A program made the translations under genes and the position numbers. Source: a virus (lineage: Duplodnaviria > Caudoviricetes). Taken from it: 41,041 nt of DNA. The first letter of the stretch is position 1; every line of letters starts with the position of its first letter. The stretch is from IMG/VR virus record IMGVR_UViG_3300035562_000011, positions 1-41,041 of that record; one strand, given 5' to 3'. Positions 14,620-23,588 of this stretch are shown one piece after another. Below the pieces are notes generated by a model. The model was not told where the DNA came from and made no database searches. It saw only the letters and a program-made list of their open reading frames with translations.

Positions 14620-14819
14620 ACATCAACCTAACATGTTCGTACTTCACAACACGCCAGAGCGTACATGCCGGGAAGATGAAAATAATTGCCGAGGATGTGC
14701 AGCTTGACCAGGCCAACAACCCATCAGAAATCCTTCTCCAGATGGATCAGAAAGAGATTATCGAATTCCTGGAGGCTCAGGGGTTCAGCGTAATTATAAA
14801 GCAGGAGAATGCAGCGTGA
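14616..14819 (+). CDS. Hypothetical protein (67 aa)
   Basis: ATGA coupling to kil; GGAGG RBS. Confidence 0.72.
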   Translation: MNINLTCSYFTTRQSVHAGKMKIIAEDVQLDQANNPSEILLQMDQKEIIEFLEAQGFSVIIKQENAA

Positions 14820-14965
14820 GCGCATCAGAGCAATGGGATGAAAAGGCTTTCACGGAAATCATGCTGGACATGATCGAGGATGAAGTTTGCGAGCAAATTA
14901 ATCTAGCTGCCGAACGCGGCAATGAGCAGGTTAGTTGGGAGGAATTTAGGGGGAATTACCAGTGA
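14816..14965 (+). CDS. Arf-like small acidic recombination accessory protein (49 aa, absent from the ORF track)
   Basis: EQINLAAER.N...SWEEF.G.Y; GTGA-coupled on both sides; directly upstream of erf. Confidence 0.62.
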   Translation: MSASEQWDEKAFTEIMLDMIEDEVCEQINLAAERGNEQVSWEEFRGNYQ

Positions 14966-15573
14966 GCAAAGAATTTTATCAACGACTGGCAGACATACAA
15001 CGTGACCTGAACGCACCAAAGAACCAATACAACTCGTTCGGCAAATACAAATACCGCAGCTGTGAAGACATCCTTGAGGGTGTTAAGCCACTGCTAAACG
15101 GCCTGTTCCTGTCAATTAGCGATGAAGTTGTGCAGATAGGGGCAAGGCATTACGTGAAGGCCACCGCCCGCATTACAGACGGCGAGACAACGCATGAGGC
15201 GACCGCTTTAGCCAGGGAAGAGGAATCGAAAAAAGGCATGGATGCAGCACAGGTTACTGGCGCGACAAGCTCATACGCACGGAAATACTGCTTGAATGGA
15301 TTGTTCGGTATTGACGATTCGAAGGATGCAGACAGCGATGAGCATAAACATCAACAGCCAGCCGCTCAGCAACCTAAACCGGAAAAGGTAAAACCAACTC
15401 CAGACCAGATTCTCAAGGCTTTCACTGAGGCTGCAGGACAGAAATCGACTCAGGAAGAGTTGAAGCAGGCGTTTGCCAAAGTATGGGGAATGCTCGAGGG
15501 GACAGCGCAGCAGGCTGCAGCTAAAGATGTATACGATATTCGCAAATCAGAACTGGAAGGAGTGCAAGCATAA
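14962..15573 (+). CDS. erf: Erf single-strand annealing protein
   Basis: MSKEFY.RLA.IQ..LNAPKNQYNSFGKYKYRSCEDILE; GATSSYARKY. Confidence 0.95.
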   Translation: MSKEFYQRLADIQRDLNAPKNQYNSFGKYKYRSCEDILEGVKPLLNGLFLSISDEVVQIGARHYVKATARITDGETTHEATALAREEESKKGMDAAQVTGATSSYARKYCLNGLFGIDDSKDADSDEHKHQQPAAQQPKPEKVKPTPDQILKAFTEAAGQKSTQEELKQAFAKVWGMLEGTAQQAAAKDVYDIRKSELEGVQA

Positions 15574-15947
15574 TGCCAATTAACAACATCGTTGTAAGCG
15601 GAAACCTCGGCAAAGATGCCGTACTGAGAGTGACACCAAATGGCAAGCACATCGCAACTTTTTCAATTCCTGCGAAATCAGGATTCGGCGATAAAGAAAA
15701 AACATCATGGATGCAATGCAAAATGTTCGGAGCAATGGCTGAAAAGTTAACCGGATATCTGCATAAAGGCTCAAAGGTAACGGTAGTTGGAGAATTTACT
15801 CTCGAAGAGTGGACGAAAGAAACCGGAGAGAAAGTTCAAACGCCGACAATTCTAGTTCGCGATATCGATTTACCGCCAAAGCGAGGTGATACCCAGGAGC
15901 AGCAATCCTCTCAGCAACAAGATTTCGACGACTCAATACCCTTCTGA
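15573..15947 (+). CDS. ssb: Single-stranded DNA-binding protein
   Basis: GNLGKD OB-fold start; DFDDSIPF tail. Confidence 0.95.
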   Translation: MPINNIVVSGNLGKDAVLRVTPNGKHIATFSIPAKSGFGDKEKTSWMQCKMFGAMAEKLTGYLHKGSKVTVVGEFTLEEWTKETGEKVQTPTILVRDIDLPPKRGDTQEQQSSQQQDFDDSIPF

Positions 15948-15973
15948 TTTAACCCCTCTAGCAGGAACCCATC

Positions 15974-16318
15974 ATGTTATCACCCGAGCAGATACTCGCT
16001 GCTTTACGGCGGGATAGTCGCAACCACATTACAGCATTTCATCGCTTCATTGATGACTCATCAAAAGTTAAGCGTGGTAGCGGCATGGCTGGCGTAACGC
16101 TCAACTTCCACGACGCGTATTACGCCGGATGGGCTCCAGCGCTGGAGATGCAGTCGGAGTTCATCAACCTGAGCTCTGTAATTCAAATTGAACAATATCT
16201 CGACGCCGAGGAATGGGAAGAAAAGACCCTTCACTGCGGCGGCACCATTTACCGGCTCAAGGATGAATATCGCGCTAAGGATGGCGCAGGAGATAACTAT
16301 GCGAACCAATCAGTATGA
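15974..16318 (+). CDS. Hypothetical protein (114 aa)
   Basis: AGGA RBS; fits the operon. Confidence 0.7.
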   Translation: MLSPEQILAALRRDSRNHITAFHRFIDDSSKVKRGSGMAGVTLNFHDAYYAGWAPALEMQSEFINLSSVIQIEQYLDAEEWEEKTLHCGGTIYRLKDEYRAKDGAGDNYANQSV

Positions 16319-16463
16319 CGCCAATTTAACACCCGGCGATTTAGTCGCACGTCGCAGGGAAAAGCCCATGCCGAGCGCGGCTGAACTTAGAGCACGTAAC
16401 AGCTTCCCGTCGCCGGACCAGAACCGGCACATCGACAAGTTTATTAAAGCCACGAAGCACTGA
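16299..16463 (+). CDS. DUF2737-like protein (54 aa)
   Basis: KPMPS..EL..RNSFPS..QN motif; AGGAG RBS. Confidence 0.72.
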   Translation: MRTNQYDANLTPGDLVARRREKPMPSAAELRARNSFPSPDQNRHIDKFIKATKH

Positions 16464-16473
16464 GGGATAAGAG

Positions 16474-17142
16474 ATGACACTTTACGAAATTGAAGGATTT
16501 CTGCGCGGCAAGTGCTTGCCGGGTGACCTGCTGGTTAACGAAAGCACCGCTGAATATATCTTTCGAAAAATGAAAGAGCGTGATGAATTCAAAGAGAAGT
16601 TGGAAGTCATTAGTGGCCTGATGGGAGTCATTGAGCAGGCCAATGAACTGGCAAAACAAGATATTCAGAGAATGGTTGACGTTCAACATGAGAACGCAGC
16701 AGCCATGCTCACGCTTAACTCAATCATCGAAATCCTCGACCCGTCTGATGAACTGAGAGTTTCAGAGCAGGTGGCAGCGCTGAAGCGGAAGTGTGATGCG
16801 CTGGCGGCGGAGGGCCTCAGGCTGAAATCTGCACATCCGCAGCCGTTTGGACGCGAGATGATGAAGGCCTTAGATGCGTACGAAAAGCACCATGACGAAG
16901 TGCCAGAGACCGGCATGCTGGATGCATTTTTCATCCTGCGAGACAGCATCATTTTGCTAACCCCGGCCACCGACGCCGCGATGGCAGAGCTAAAGGCAAA
17001 AGAAGCGCGCAACGCTTACGAAAGCATTCTTGATAACCCGGCAGTGTTTGATATGGAGTCGCTCGTTGATTGGCTTCAGAACAATGCAGAAAACTCAGAA
17101 GCCTACGCCGCCGAGCTGCGCAAGGAGTCAGGCCATGCGTGA
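16474..17142 (+). CDS. Eae-like early protein
   Basis: GFL.GKC.P.DL.VNE..AEY N-terminus; TPATDA motif. Confidence 0.72.
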   Translation: MTLYEIEGFLRGKCLPGDLLVNESTAEYIFRKMKERDEFKEKLEVISGLMGVIEQANELAKQDIQRMVDVQHENAAAMLTLNSIIEILDPSDELRVSEQVAALKRKCDALAAEGLRLKSAHPQPFGREMMKALDAYEKHHDEVPETGMLDAFFILRDSIILLTPATDAAMAELKAKEARNAYESILDNPAVFDMESLVDWLQNNAENSEAYAAELRKESGHA

Positions 17143-17776
17143 ACGCGGAATGATTTTTAACGCTGAGATGGTGCGCGCCATCCTCGAGGGACAGAAGACA
17201 CAAACACGGCGCGTTGTTAAGGCCGCTGATGGGGCTGCGGGATTCAATGAAGAATGGGATATCAATGGCGAAGAGATTTTTATCGTGCTCGGAGAGAAAG
17301 ACCATACCGGAATGAATCCGGTTCTGGGTGCCCTAGCGTGCCCACACGGCCAGCCAGGGGATCGCATATGGGTACGAGAGACGTTTCGCGTACATAGCCG
17401 GGCAACTGACGTAGCGACGTTGGTTTATAAAGCCAGCGAGCGCCAGAGCTGGACTGAACAGACACACCGCGTGCCAGTCTCTGTATGTAATAAGCCCGCT
17501 GTTATCGAAAAGTGGACGCCATCAATCCACATGCCGCGCTGGGCCAGCCGCATAACGCTGGAGATTACCGGCGTTCGTGTTGAGCGGCTGAACAGCGTTA
17601 GCGAAGAGGATGCGAAAGCTGAAGGCGCGCCGACTGAATGCTGTGTCATTGGTGATAAGCACTTCCTTGGTTTCCGCAGTCTGTGGAAAAGCATCTACGG
17701 AGAGGAAAGCTGGCAGGCTAATCCGTGGGTGTGGGTTATCGAGTTTAAGCGAGTGGAGGCCAGCGATGAGCAATAA
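17135..17776 (+). CDS. ASCH/PUA-like domain protein
   Basis: F..EMVRAIL.G.KTQTRR, PGDRIWVRETF, WTPSIHMPRWASRITLEI, NPWVWVIEF. Confidence 0.8.
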   Translation: MRERGMIFNAEMVRAILEGQKTQTRRVVKAADGAAGFNEEWDINGEEIFIVLGEKDHTGMNPVLGALACPHGQPGDRIWVRETFRVHSRATDVATLVYKASERQSWTEQTHRVPVSVCNKPAVIEKWTPSIHMPRWASRITLEITGVRVERLNSVSEEDAKAEGAPTECCVIGDKHFLGFRSLWKSIYGEESWQANPWVWVIEFKRVEASDEQ

Positions 17777-18692
17777 CACCGAAGCGCTGAAAGAACCCAT
17801 GATAGTTAGCTTTTCGGGGGGGCAATCCTCTGCATTTATGTGTGATTTCCTGCTTCAGAACTACAGCGATGTATATGACTTCCACTTTGTTTTTGCAAAT
17901 ACCGGACGTGAACACGAAGAAACGCTCATTTTCGCTAACAAAGTCGATAAGTTGTTTGGCCTAAACCTTGTCTGGCTTGAGGGTGTTACCAGCCCCGTTC
18001 ACGGTGTGGGCATGTCTCATAAAGTTGTTACCTTCGAGACAGCATCGCGGAACGGCGAACCTTTCGAGCAGCTAATTAGCGTTGAGGGCATTCCAAACGT
18101 TTCTCGCCAAAAGTGCAGCGACTACCTGAAAACGCAAACCATCCGCTCATGGATGAGGGCGGTTGGTTTATCTCGCCGGGGATGGTGCGCAAAAACCGCT
18201 ATCGGAATGCGTGCCGATGAACCGAGCAGGGCCGACATGGAAAAACAGTCAACAAAGCGTTTCAACCTGGTTTATCCCCTCTGCCATTGGGGTGCATTCG
18301 ATAAGCAGGATGTGAACGACTTCTGGGATGCTATGCCGTTCAAATTGAACATCCCTGCTCACTACGGAAACTGTCTGACGTGCTTCAAAAAGAGCGACGC
18401 AAAGCTCTATCTGATAGCGCACGAACATCCGGAGTGGTTCGCGTGGAACCGAGATATGGAGCGTCGCTTTGGCCTGGTAAAAGCTGATGAGGGTCATACA
18501 TGGTGGAGAAAAAAACGTAATACAGACCAACTAATGGCTGACGCTAAGCTGGAAGACCGCCAGCGGCTTATTTACCTGACAAAAACCAATCCTGACGATG
18601 GTGACGGATGTACTTCGTCTTGTGAGCCATTCCAGAACGTCGAAGGAATTGAAGATGAGTTTGACGACAATGTACAGCAAGGGGCTGCGTAA
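17766..18692 (+). CDS. PAPS-reductase-like PP-loop protein (adenine nucleotide alpha hydrolase family)
   Basis: VSFSGGQSS PP-loop, FANTG.E, C...LK, IG.RADE..R, YPL, GNC..CF.K, C..SC; GGAGG RBS before ATG 17766. Confidence 0.82.
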   Translation: MSNNTEALKEPMIVSFSGGQSSAFMCDFLLQNYSDVYDFHFVFANTGREHEETLIFANKVDKLFGLNLVWLEGVTSPVHGVGMSHKVVTFETASRNGEPFEQLISVEGIPNVSRQKCSDYLKTQTIRSWMRAVGLSRRGWCAKTAIGMRADEPSRADMEKQSTKRFNLVYPLCHWGAFDKQDVNDFWDAMPFKLNIPAHYGNCLTCFKKSDAKLYLIAHEHPEWFAWNRDMERRFGLVKADEGHTWWRKKRNTDQLMADAKLEDRQRLIYLTKTNPDDGDGCTSSCEPFQNVEGIEDEFDDNVQQGAA

Positions 18693-19108
18693 TGACTAAC
18701 TCACTCGAAGCGCTGATTGCCAGCATGAAAGCGGCAGCGAAAACACTGAATGGGGCGTATCCCGAGGCGATTAACAAACCTCCAAAAGCTCTTTTGATTG
18801 ACTACATTAACGCAACAAACCCGGATAACGTCCTGTCACTGATAGCTGCGCTGGAGCAGGCGCGGAAAGAAAACCAAAAACAGATCGAAACCATCGCCAG
18901 CGTTACAGAGCGCAGCCGCATCGCAGAGCTTGTGGCCCGCGAGTTATCAGTGAAGCTGCCAGATTTCACTTTATACCAATGCGATGACTGCGGCGGCGTT
19001 GTTGTTGATGAGCATGAAACAAGCTGCCATTGCTGCGGAGATAAAGGCACATGGACAACAATACCGGTAGTCCGCGCTGCTGGCGGCACCGTGGAAGGGA
19101 GTGAGTGA
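18692..19108 (+). CDS. Ead/Ea22-like protein with a C-terminal Zn-ribbon
   Basis: ATNPDNVLSLIAALE motif; CDDCG...CHCCG. Confidence 0.65.
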   Translation: MTNSLEALIASMKAAAKTLNGAYPEAINKPPKALLIDYINATNPDNVLSLIAALEQARKENQKQIETIASVTERSRIAELVARELSVKLPDFTLYQCDDCGGVVVDEHETSCHCCGDKGTWTTIPVVRAAGGTVEGSE

Positions 19109-19374
19109 TGTCTGATGTCAAATCCAGAATCATGCTCATTATGCGAGCACGTGCAGCGCAGGAAAGGGCAAGCATCGGCGGGAAATATCCATTCAGGATA
19201 GCGACGTGGAATCTTCGGCTGGCAATGGAGCGCCAGTACCCAGACGAAGAGTGGAAATGCGTGGAGTTAAGAAAGCATTTAGCAGAGCTGGCAACTGAAG
19301 GGAAAGTTTTGAAATGTCCGCACCAAAGCAGGACTGGGCAGGCTGTATGGCGGCTGATTGAGGGTGGTGAGTGA
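19108..19374 (+). CDS. Hypothetical protein, possible winged helix
   Basis: Coupled ORF; LRKHLAELATEGKV...W.L. Confidence 0.68.
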   Translation: MSDVKSRIMLIMRARAAQERASIGGKYPFRIATWNLRLAMERQYPDEEWKCVELRKHLAELATEGKVLKCPHQSRTGQAVWRLIEGGE

Positions 19375-19375
19375 G

Positions 19376-19624
19376 ATGGCTAAATTAACCGACTATCAAT
19401 TTAACGTTCTGAAAGCTCTTAGCGATGGGAAAGTGATTCTTCGCGGCCCCCGAGATATTTATTTCTGGGAGGATAGCGATTCGCGCTGTTCCGTTGTTGC
19501 ACGCCGTCTGGTCAGTAAGGGCTATGTCAGACCGGTATTCCTCAATGCCTTACGCGATAGCGTCGAGTTAACCGATGCGGGGCGTCAAGTCCTGATGAAT
19601 GAACTGGCTAAGGAGGCTTTATGA
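19376..19624 (+). CDS. Hypothetical protein, possible winged helix
   Basis: LT..Q..VL..L...RRLVSKGYV...ELTDAGR. Confidence 0.68.
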   Translation: MAKLTDYQFNVLKALSDGKVILRGPRDIYFWEDSDSRCSVVARRLVSKGYVRPVFLNALRDSVELTDAGRQVLMNELAKEAL

Positions 19625-19962
19625 CAACAACAAACCTGAGCACTGAGCGTGCAAGCGATACAGATATCCAGCAAGTTATCGATAGCACAGAAAAAGGCAC
19701 GACCATGTTCGTTCCAAGTCGAGCTTTTTATCTTATGGCTAAAGAGCTTAAGGCGCTTCGGGAAGCTGCGGAGAAGCCCATCGGGTGGACAGACGCAGAG
19801 GAATTACGCGATGTCGAGAAAGACGGTTGCGGCAATTTGTTCACAGCTAACCCAATCACGCCAACTGCTGACCCGCGGCGCGTCATTAAGCTCTACGCCG
19901 CCCCGCAACTCCCTGCCGAACCTGTAAGCCAGTCTTACAAGTTGCCCGGCAATACCGAATGA
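19621..19962 (+). CDS. Eaa-like mosaic early protein
   Basis: P.GWTDAEELR.V...G.G and KLYAAPQ..EPVSQ.YKLP modules; GGAGG RBS. Confidence 0.62.
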   Translation: MTTTNLSTERASDTDIQQVIDSTEKGTTMFVPSRAFYLMAKELKALREAAEKPIGWTDAEELRDVEKDGCGNLFTANPITPTADPRRVIKLYAAPQLPAEPVSQSYKLPGNTE

Positions 19963-19983
19963 CAAACCAAACACTGAGATGAC

Positions 19984-20009
19984 AGCCGCCCCTGAGGCGG
20001 CTTTTTATT
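19984..20009 (+). terminator. Terminator upstream of xis
   Basis: AGCCGCC-CCTGA-GGCGGCT followed by TTTTATT. Confidence 0.78.
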
Positions 20010-20023
20010 GCCTGGAGGAAACC

Positions 20024-20281
20024 ATGAGTGACGTAATCCAACTGGTGCCTAACAAGTGGGTAACCGAGGATAAATTAATGCAGGTAACAGGGTTGCGCGA
20101 AGGAACAATTCGCCGCGCCCGTAAAACATCGTGGATGCAGGGTTGCCAGTATCTGCACATTTCGCCTGAGGGAGAACCAAAAGAGAACAGTGAGTGTATG
20201 TATAACCTGATCGAGATAAACGTCTGGATTGAGAGGCAGGCAGCAAATCAGCCTGGTGCCGTGCGAAGGAAAAAAGCTTAA
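20024..20281 (+). CDS. xis: Excisionase (DUF1233 family)
   Basis: IQLVPNKWVTE..L...TGL..GTI.RAR..SW..G..Y; GGAGG RBS; upstream of int. Confidence 0.88.
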   Translation: MSDVIQLVPNKWVTEDKLMQVTGLREGTIRRARKTSWMQGCQYLHISPEGEPKENSECMYNLIEINVWIERQAANQPGAVRRKKA

Positions 20282-20313
20282 CCTACCCTCCCTTTTAACC
20301 AACAGGAGTCATC

Positions 20314-21600
20314 ATGGCTAAAGTCATTTATCCGCCTGGTGTAGAGAACCATGGAGGGTTTTTACGTATCTGGTTTATGTACAACGGAACGCGTGTCAGA
20401 GAGAAGTTAAGCATCCCCGACACACCGAAGAACAGAAAGTCTGCTGGAGAGCTTCGAGCATCGGTAACATTCGCTATTAAAACTGGAGTATTCAACTACT
20501 CGACACAGTTTCCGAGTTCATTAAACCTTGTGAAATTTGGTGAGGAGCGGAGCGATATAACCATTACAGCCCTGGCTGAAAAATGGCTGTCGCTTAAGGA
20601 GATGGATATCTGCACTAATACTATGGGGCGTTACCGGTCCGCATTAAGAAACACAATTCCTCTTATCGGGAGCCGCACCCTGCTGTCTTCATTGAATCAG
20701 GAAAGGTTGCTTTCACTCAGGAAGGAATTGCTGACCGGAACGCAAAACCCAAAGCGTGGTCACAAAACTCTTGTTCAGGGTAGAGCGGTTGCAACAGTTA
20801 ATTTTTACATGGGTGTGATTTACGGGATGCTTTGCTTCGCCAAGTCGAATGGCTATGTGAAGGAAAATCCTATGGAGGGGTTGTCACCCATGCGACGTTC
20901 GAAGGTCGAACCGGATCCGCTCACTCGCGATGAGTTTATCCGGCTGATTGATGCGTGTGCTAACCGTCAGATAAAGAACTTCTGGTCGCTAGCCGTTTAT
21001 ACGGGATTGCGGCATGGGGAAATGTGCGCGTTGGCTTGGGAGGATATAGATATGAAGGCCGGAACTATAACTGTCAGGCGCAACCACACTCTCACTAAAG
21101 AGTTTACGCCGCCGAAAACAGATGCAGGCACAGATAGAGTGATCGCTCTTATCGATGCGGCAAAAAATGTTTTACGGGATCAGGCTGAAATGACTCGAAT
21201 GGGGAAACAGCATGAAATTGAGGTGGTTCTCCGGGAGTACAAAAAAACAGAAGTACACAAATGTACATTTGTGTTTAATCCGTCGCTGCACACCACGAAT
21301 GGTAGAAGTGGATTCCACTATGCAGTCGGCTCAGTTAATCAAAGCTGGGATGCGGCAATCCGTCGAGCGGGATTGCGACATCGCAAAGCATATCAATCCA
21401 GGCACACTTACGCATGCTGGTCGTTAACTGCGGGAGCCAACCCAAACTTCATTGCATCGCAAATGGGTCATGCTAACGCGCAGATGGTTTATCAGGTTTA
21501 TGGGAAATGGATGACTGATAATGACGGTGACCAACTTGCCATTCTTAACCAGAAATTGTCGTCATTTGTCCCATCCATGCCCCACGCAAAAGCGGTTTGA
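20314..21600 (+). CDS. int: Tyrosine integrase with DUF3596-type arm-binding domain
   Basis: YPPGVENHGG.LRIWF; TGLRHGE, YQSRHTY, QMGH and VY catalytic motifs. Confidence 0.96.
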   Translation: MAKVIYPPGVENHGGFLRIWFMYNGTRVREKLSIPDTPKNRKSAGELRASVTFAIKTGVFNYSTQFPSSLNLVKFGEERSDITITALAEKWLSLKEMDICTNTMGRYRSALRNTIPLIGSRTLLSSLNQERLLSLRKELLTGTQNPKRGHKTLVQGRAVATVNFYMGVIYGMLCFAKSNGYVKENPMEGLSPMRRSKVEPDPLTRDEFIRLIDACANRQIKNFWSLAVYTGLRHGEMCALAWEDIDMKAGTITVRRNHTLTKEFTPPKTDAGTDRVIALIDAAKNVLRDQAEMTRMGKQHEIEVVLREYKKTEVHKCTFVFNPSLHTTNGRSGFHYAVGSVNQSWDAAIRRAGLRHRKAYQSRHTYACWSLTAGANPNFIASQMGHANAQMVYQVYGKWMTDNDGDQLAILNQKLSSFVPSMPHAKAV

Positions 21601-21792
21601 TAATAATGTCTATATATATCAAACAGCTTGCACAACTAAACCTGCATATTCATCATATGAGGCACTAATTTTGTAAAGCGCGAAAGAGCACGAAACATCT
21701 AGCATTAAAGCAGAGTGTTACCGCAAGCTGGCAGAGCTACTTATGATAGTTCGTGCAAGTTTGCGGTAATTTTTTGCCCCATACATGCCCCA
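21565..21792. other. attP region bounded by arm-type direct repeats
   Basis: TTTGTCCCATCCATGCCCCA (21565) and TTTGCCCCATACATGCCCCA (21773), 18/20 identical, flanking a non-coding stretch after int. Confidence 0.72.
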
Positions 21793-21800
21793 TGGCAATC

Positions 21801-22181
21801 TCACATTACCGGCACATCGTCGAACTCACCGGAACGCGCATCGTTCAGAATCCACGTCACGACACCAAACACCCCATCATCTTCAAAATTGCTATCCATC
21901 ACGAATTTTAGATCTGGATTGTCGATGTCTTCTAAATGCTCTTTGGGTAACGTCTTGTAGCGCAGAACGCGAAACTCGGCCTGCACAGTAGCTATCACGA
22001 TAGAGCCATCGCAGGGCTTCTGTCCGCTGTCTACGACGAGATACGCGCCACTCATGATGCCTGCTCGCCAGTGCGTGTCGCCTGACCGGACAAGGTATGT
22101 TGAGCTTGGGCTTATGATGCACTTAGCGTCCAGGCTTACGCGCTGCTCTGTGTAGTCTTTTGCCGGGGATGGGAATGCCAT
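21801..22181 (-). CDS. UmuD'-like (HumD-like) S24-family protein
   Basis: Starts MAFPSPA.DY.E.R..L; catalytic Ser and Lys positions altered; GAGG RBS. Confidence 0.8.
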   Translation of the reverse strand: MAFPSPAKDYTEQRVSLDAKCIISPSSTYLVRSGDTHWRAGIMSGAYLVVDSGQKPCDGSIVIATVQAEFRVLRYKTLPKEHLEDIDNPDLKFVMDSNFEDDGVFGVVTWILNDARSGEFDDVPVM

Positions 22182-22202
22182 GGTGAGTACCTCTGATAAA
22201 CA

Positions 22203-22243
22203 CTGTATGCATAAACAGTATTTCAAAAGTGATGACTGATCAA
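22203..22243 (-). promoter_or_regulatory. LexA box (CTGTATGCATAAACAG, 22203-22218) overlapping promoter TTGATC-17-TACTGT
   Basis: Canonical CTGT-N8-ACAG upstream of the umuD'-like gene. Confidence 0.85.
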
Positions 22244-22246
22244 GTG

Positions 22247-22275
22247 ATGATCAGGCTCTCGCGAGGTGCTAAACT
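22247..22275 (+). promoter_or_regulatory. Putative gtr promoter (ATGATC-17-TAAACT, extended -10 TG)
   Basis: Read directly upstream of gtrA; GATC lies within the -35. Confidence 0.5.
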
Positions 22276-22308
22276 TCGGGCCTAACTTAAAACTACTTAT
22301 TTAGACAA

Positions 22309-22674
22309 ATGCTTAAGCTATTTTCGAAATATTTTACTGTGGGAATATTCAACACAGCCATCAGTTGGGCTGTCTTTGCTCTGTGCCTCTATGCTATGCA
22401 TACCAACCAGTCGGTGGCTAACTTCATCTCATTTTGCGCGGCTGTCACATTCTCGTTTTTTGCGAATGCGAAATTCACTTTCAAAGCAAGAGCAACCCCG
22501 ACCCGATACTTTCTGTACATTGGGTTTATGGGTGCGCTAAGTATCGCTACAGGATGGGCGGCAGACGTTCTTCATATTCATCCAGTTATCACCATGATCG
22601 GCTTCTCTGCTATCAGTCTATTTTGCGGATTTATCTATTCTAATTTCATCGTTTTTCGGAGTGAAAAGGCGTGA
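22309..22674 (+). CDS. gtrA: GtrA bactoprenol-linked glucose translocase
   Basis: MLKLF.KY...G..NT.I.W; [13 protein letters not shown]; four TM segments. Confidence 0.95.
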   Translation: MLKLFSKYFTVGIFNTAISWAVFALCLYAMHTNQSVANFISFCAAVTFSFFANAKFTFKARATPTRYFLYIGFMGALSIATGWAADVLHIHPVITMIGFSAISLFCGFIYSNFIVFRSEKA

Positions 22675-23588
22675 ATATCTCTCTTGTTGTCCCAGTCTTC
22701 AATGAAGAAGATGCGATACCAATTTTCTATAAGGCAGTTCGTGAATACGATGGTCTTAGTGAACATGATGTCGAGATAATTTTTATTAATGATGGCAGCA
22801 GCGATTCGACCGAGGCAATTATTAACGCGCTGGCAATTTCTGACAGCAAGGTTAAGTCACTAACCTTCACACGAAACTTTGGCAAAGAGCCAGCTTTGTT
22901 CGCGGGCCTAGACAATGCAACAGGCGATGCAGTGATTCCAATTGACGTTGACCTGCAGGACCCAATTGAAGTCATTCCGCGCCTGATAGAGAAGTGGCAT
23001 GAAGGCGCGGATATAGTTTTGGCTAAAAGATCTGACCGCTCTACTGATAGCCGATTGAAGCGGAAATCTGCCGAGTGGTTTTACAAACTGCACAACAAAA
23101 TCAGCAACCCGCAGATAGAAGAAAATGTAGGTGATTTCCGGCTAATGTCTCGCGAAGTCGTTGAGAATATAAAGCTCATGCCTGAAAGAAATTTATTTAT
23201 GAAAGGCATTTTGAGCTGGGTTGGTGGTCGCACTGATGTTGTTGAATATATTCGTGCAGAGCGCGTGGCAGGGAATACAAAATTCAATGGCTGGAAGCTT
23301 TGGAATCTCGCCCTCGAAGGAATTACCAGCTTCTCAACCTTCCCACTTCGTATGTGGACATATATCGGCCTTTTCGTAGCCGGCATCGCATTCCTGTATG
23401 GTGCGTGGATGATATTAGGTACTCTGGCATTTGGCAATCCTGTTCGCGGATACCCATCTCTTATAGTATCTATCTTGTTTTTGGGTGGCATACAGCTGAT
23501 TGGAATTGGTGTTCTTGGGGAATATATTGGTAGGATTTACACGGAGGTCAAAGAAAGGCCTCGTTATTTATTAAAAGGAAAGAAATAA
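22671..23588 (+). CDS. gtrB: GtrB bactoprenol glucosyltransferase (GT2)
   Basis: [31 protein letters not shown]. Confidence 0.97.
   Translation: MNISLVVPVFNEEDAIPIFYKAVREYDGLSEHDVEIIFINDGSSDSTEAIINALAISDSKVKSLTFTRNFGKEPALFAGLDNATGDAVIPIDVDLQDPIEVIPRLIEKWHEGADIVLAKRSDRSTDSRLKRKSAEWFYKLHNKISNPQIEENVGDFRLMSREVVENIKLMPERNLFMKGILSWVGGRTDVVEYIRAERVAGNTKFNGWKLWNLALEGITSFSTFPLRMWTYIGLFVAGIAFLYGAWMILGTLAFGNPVRGYPSLIVSILFLGGIQLIGIGVLGEYIGRIYTEVKERPRYLLKGKK

Noticed and set aside
17610-17765. N-terminal extension of the PAPS-reductase-like ORF, or an ASCH fusion by frameshift
   Set aside because: GGAGG RBS at ATG 17766 and no slippery site noticed
17766-18692. Complete Dnd/Ssp phosphorothioation system or sulfate-assimilation gene
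   Set aside because: No dndA/B/D/E, ssp or cys partners, and no CysH-type ECGLH tail
21715-21991. Plus-strand ORFs after int
   Set aside because: Overlap the attP arm repeat and are antisense to the umuD'-like gene
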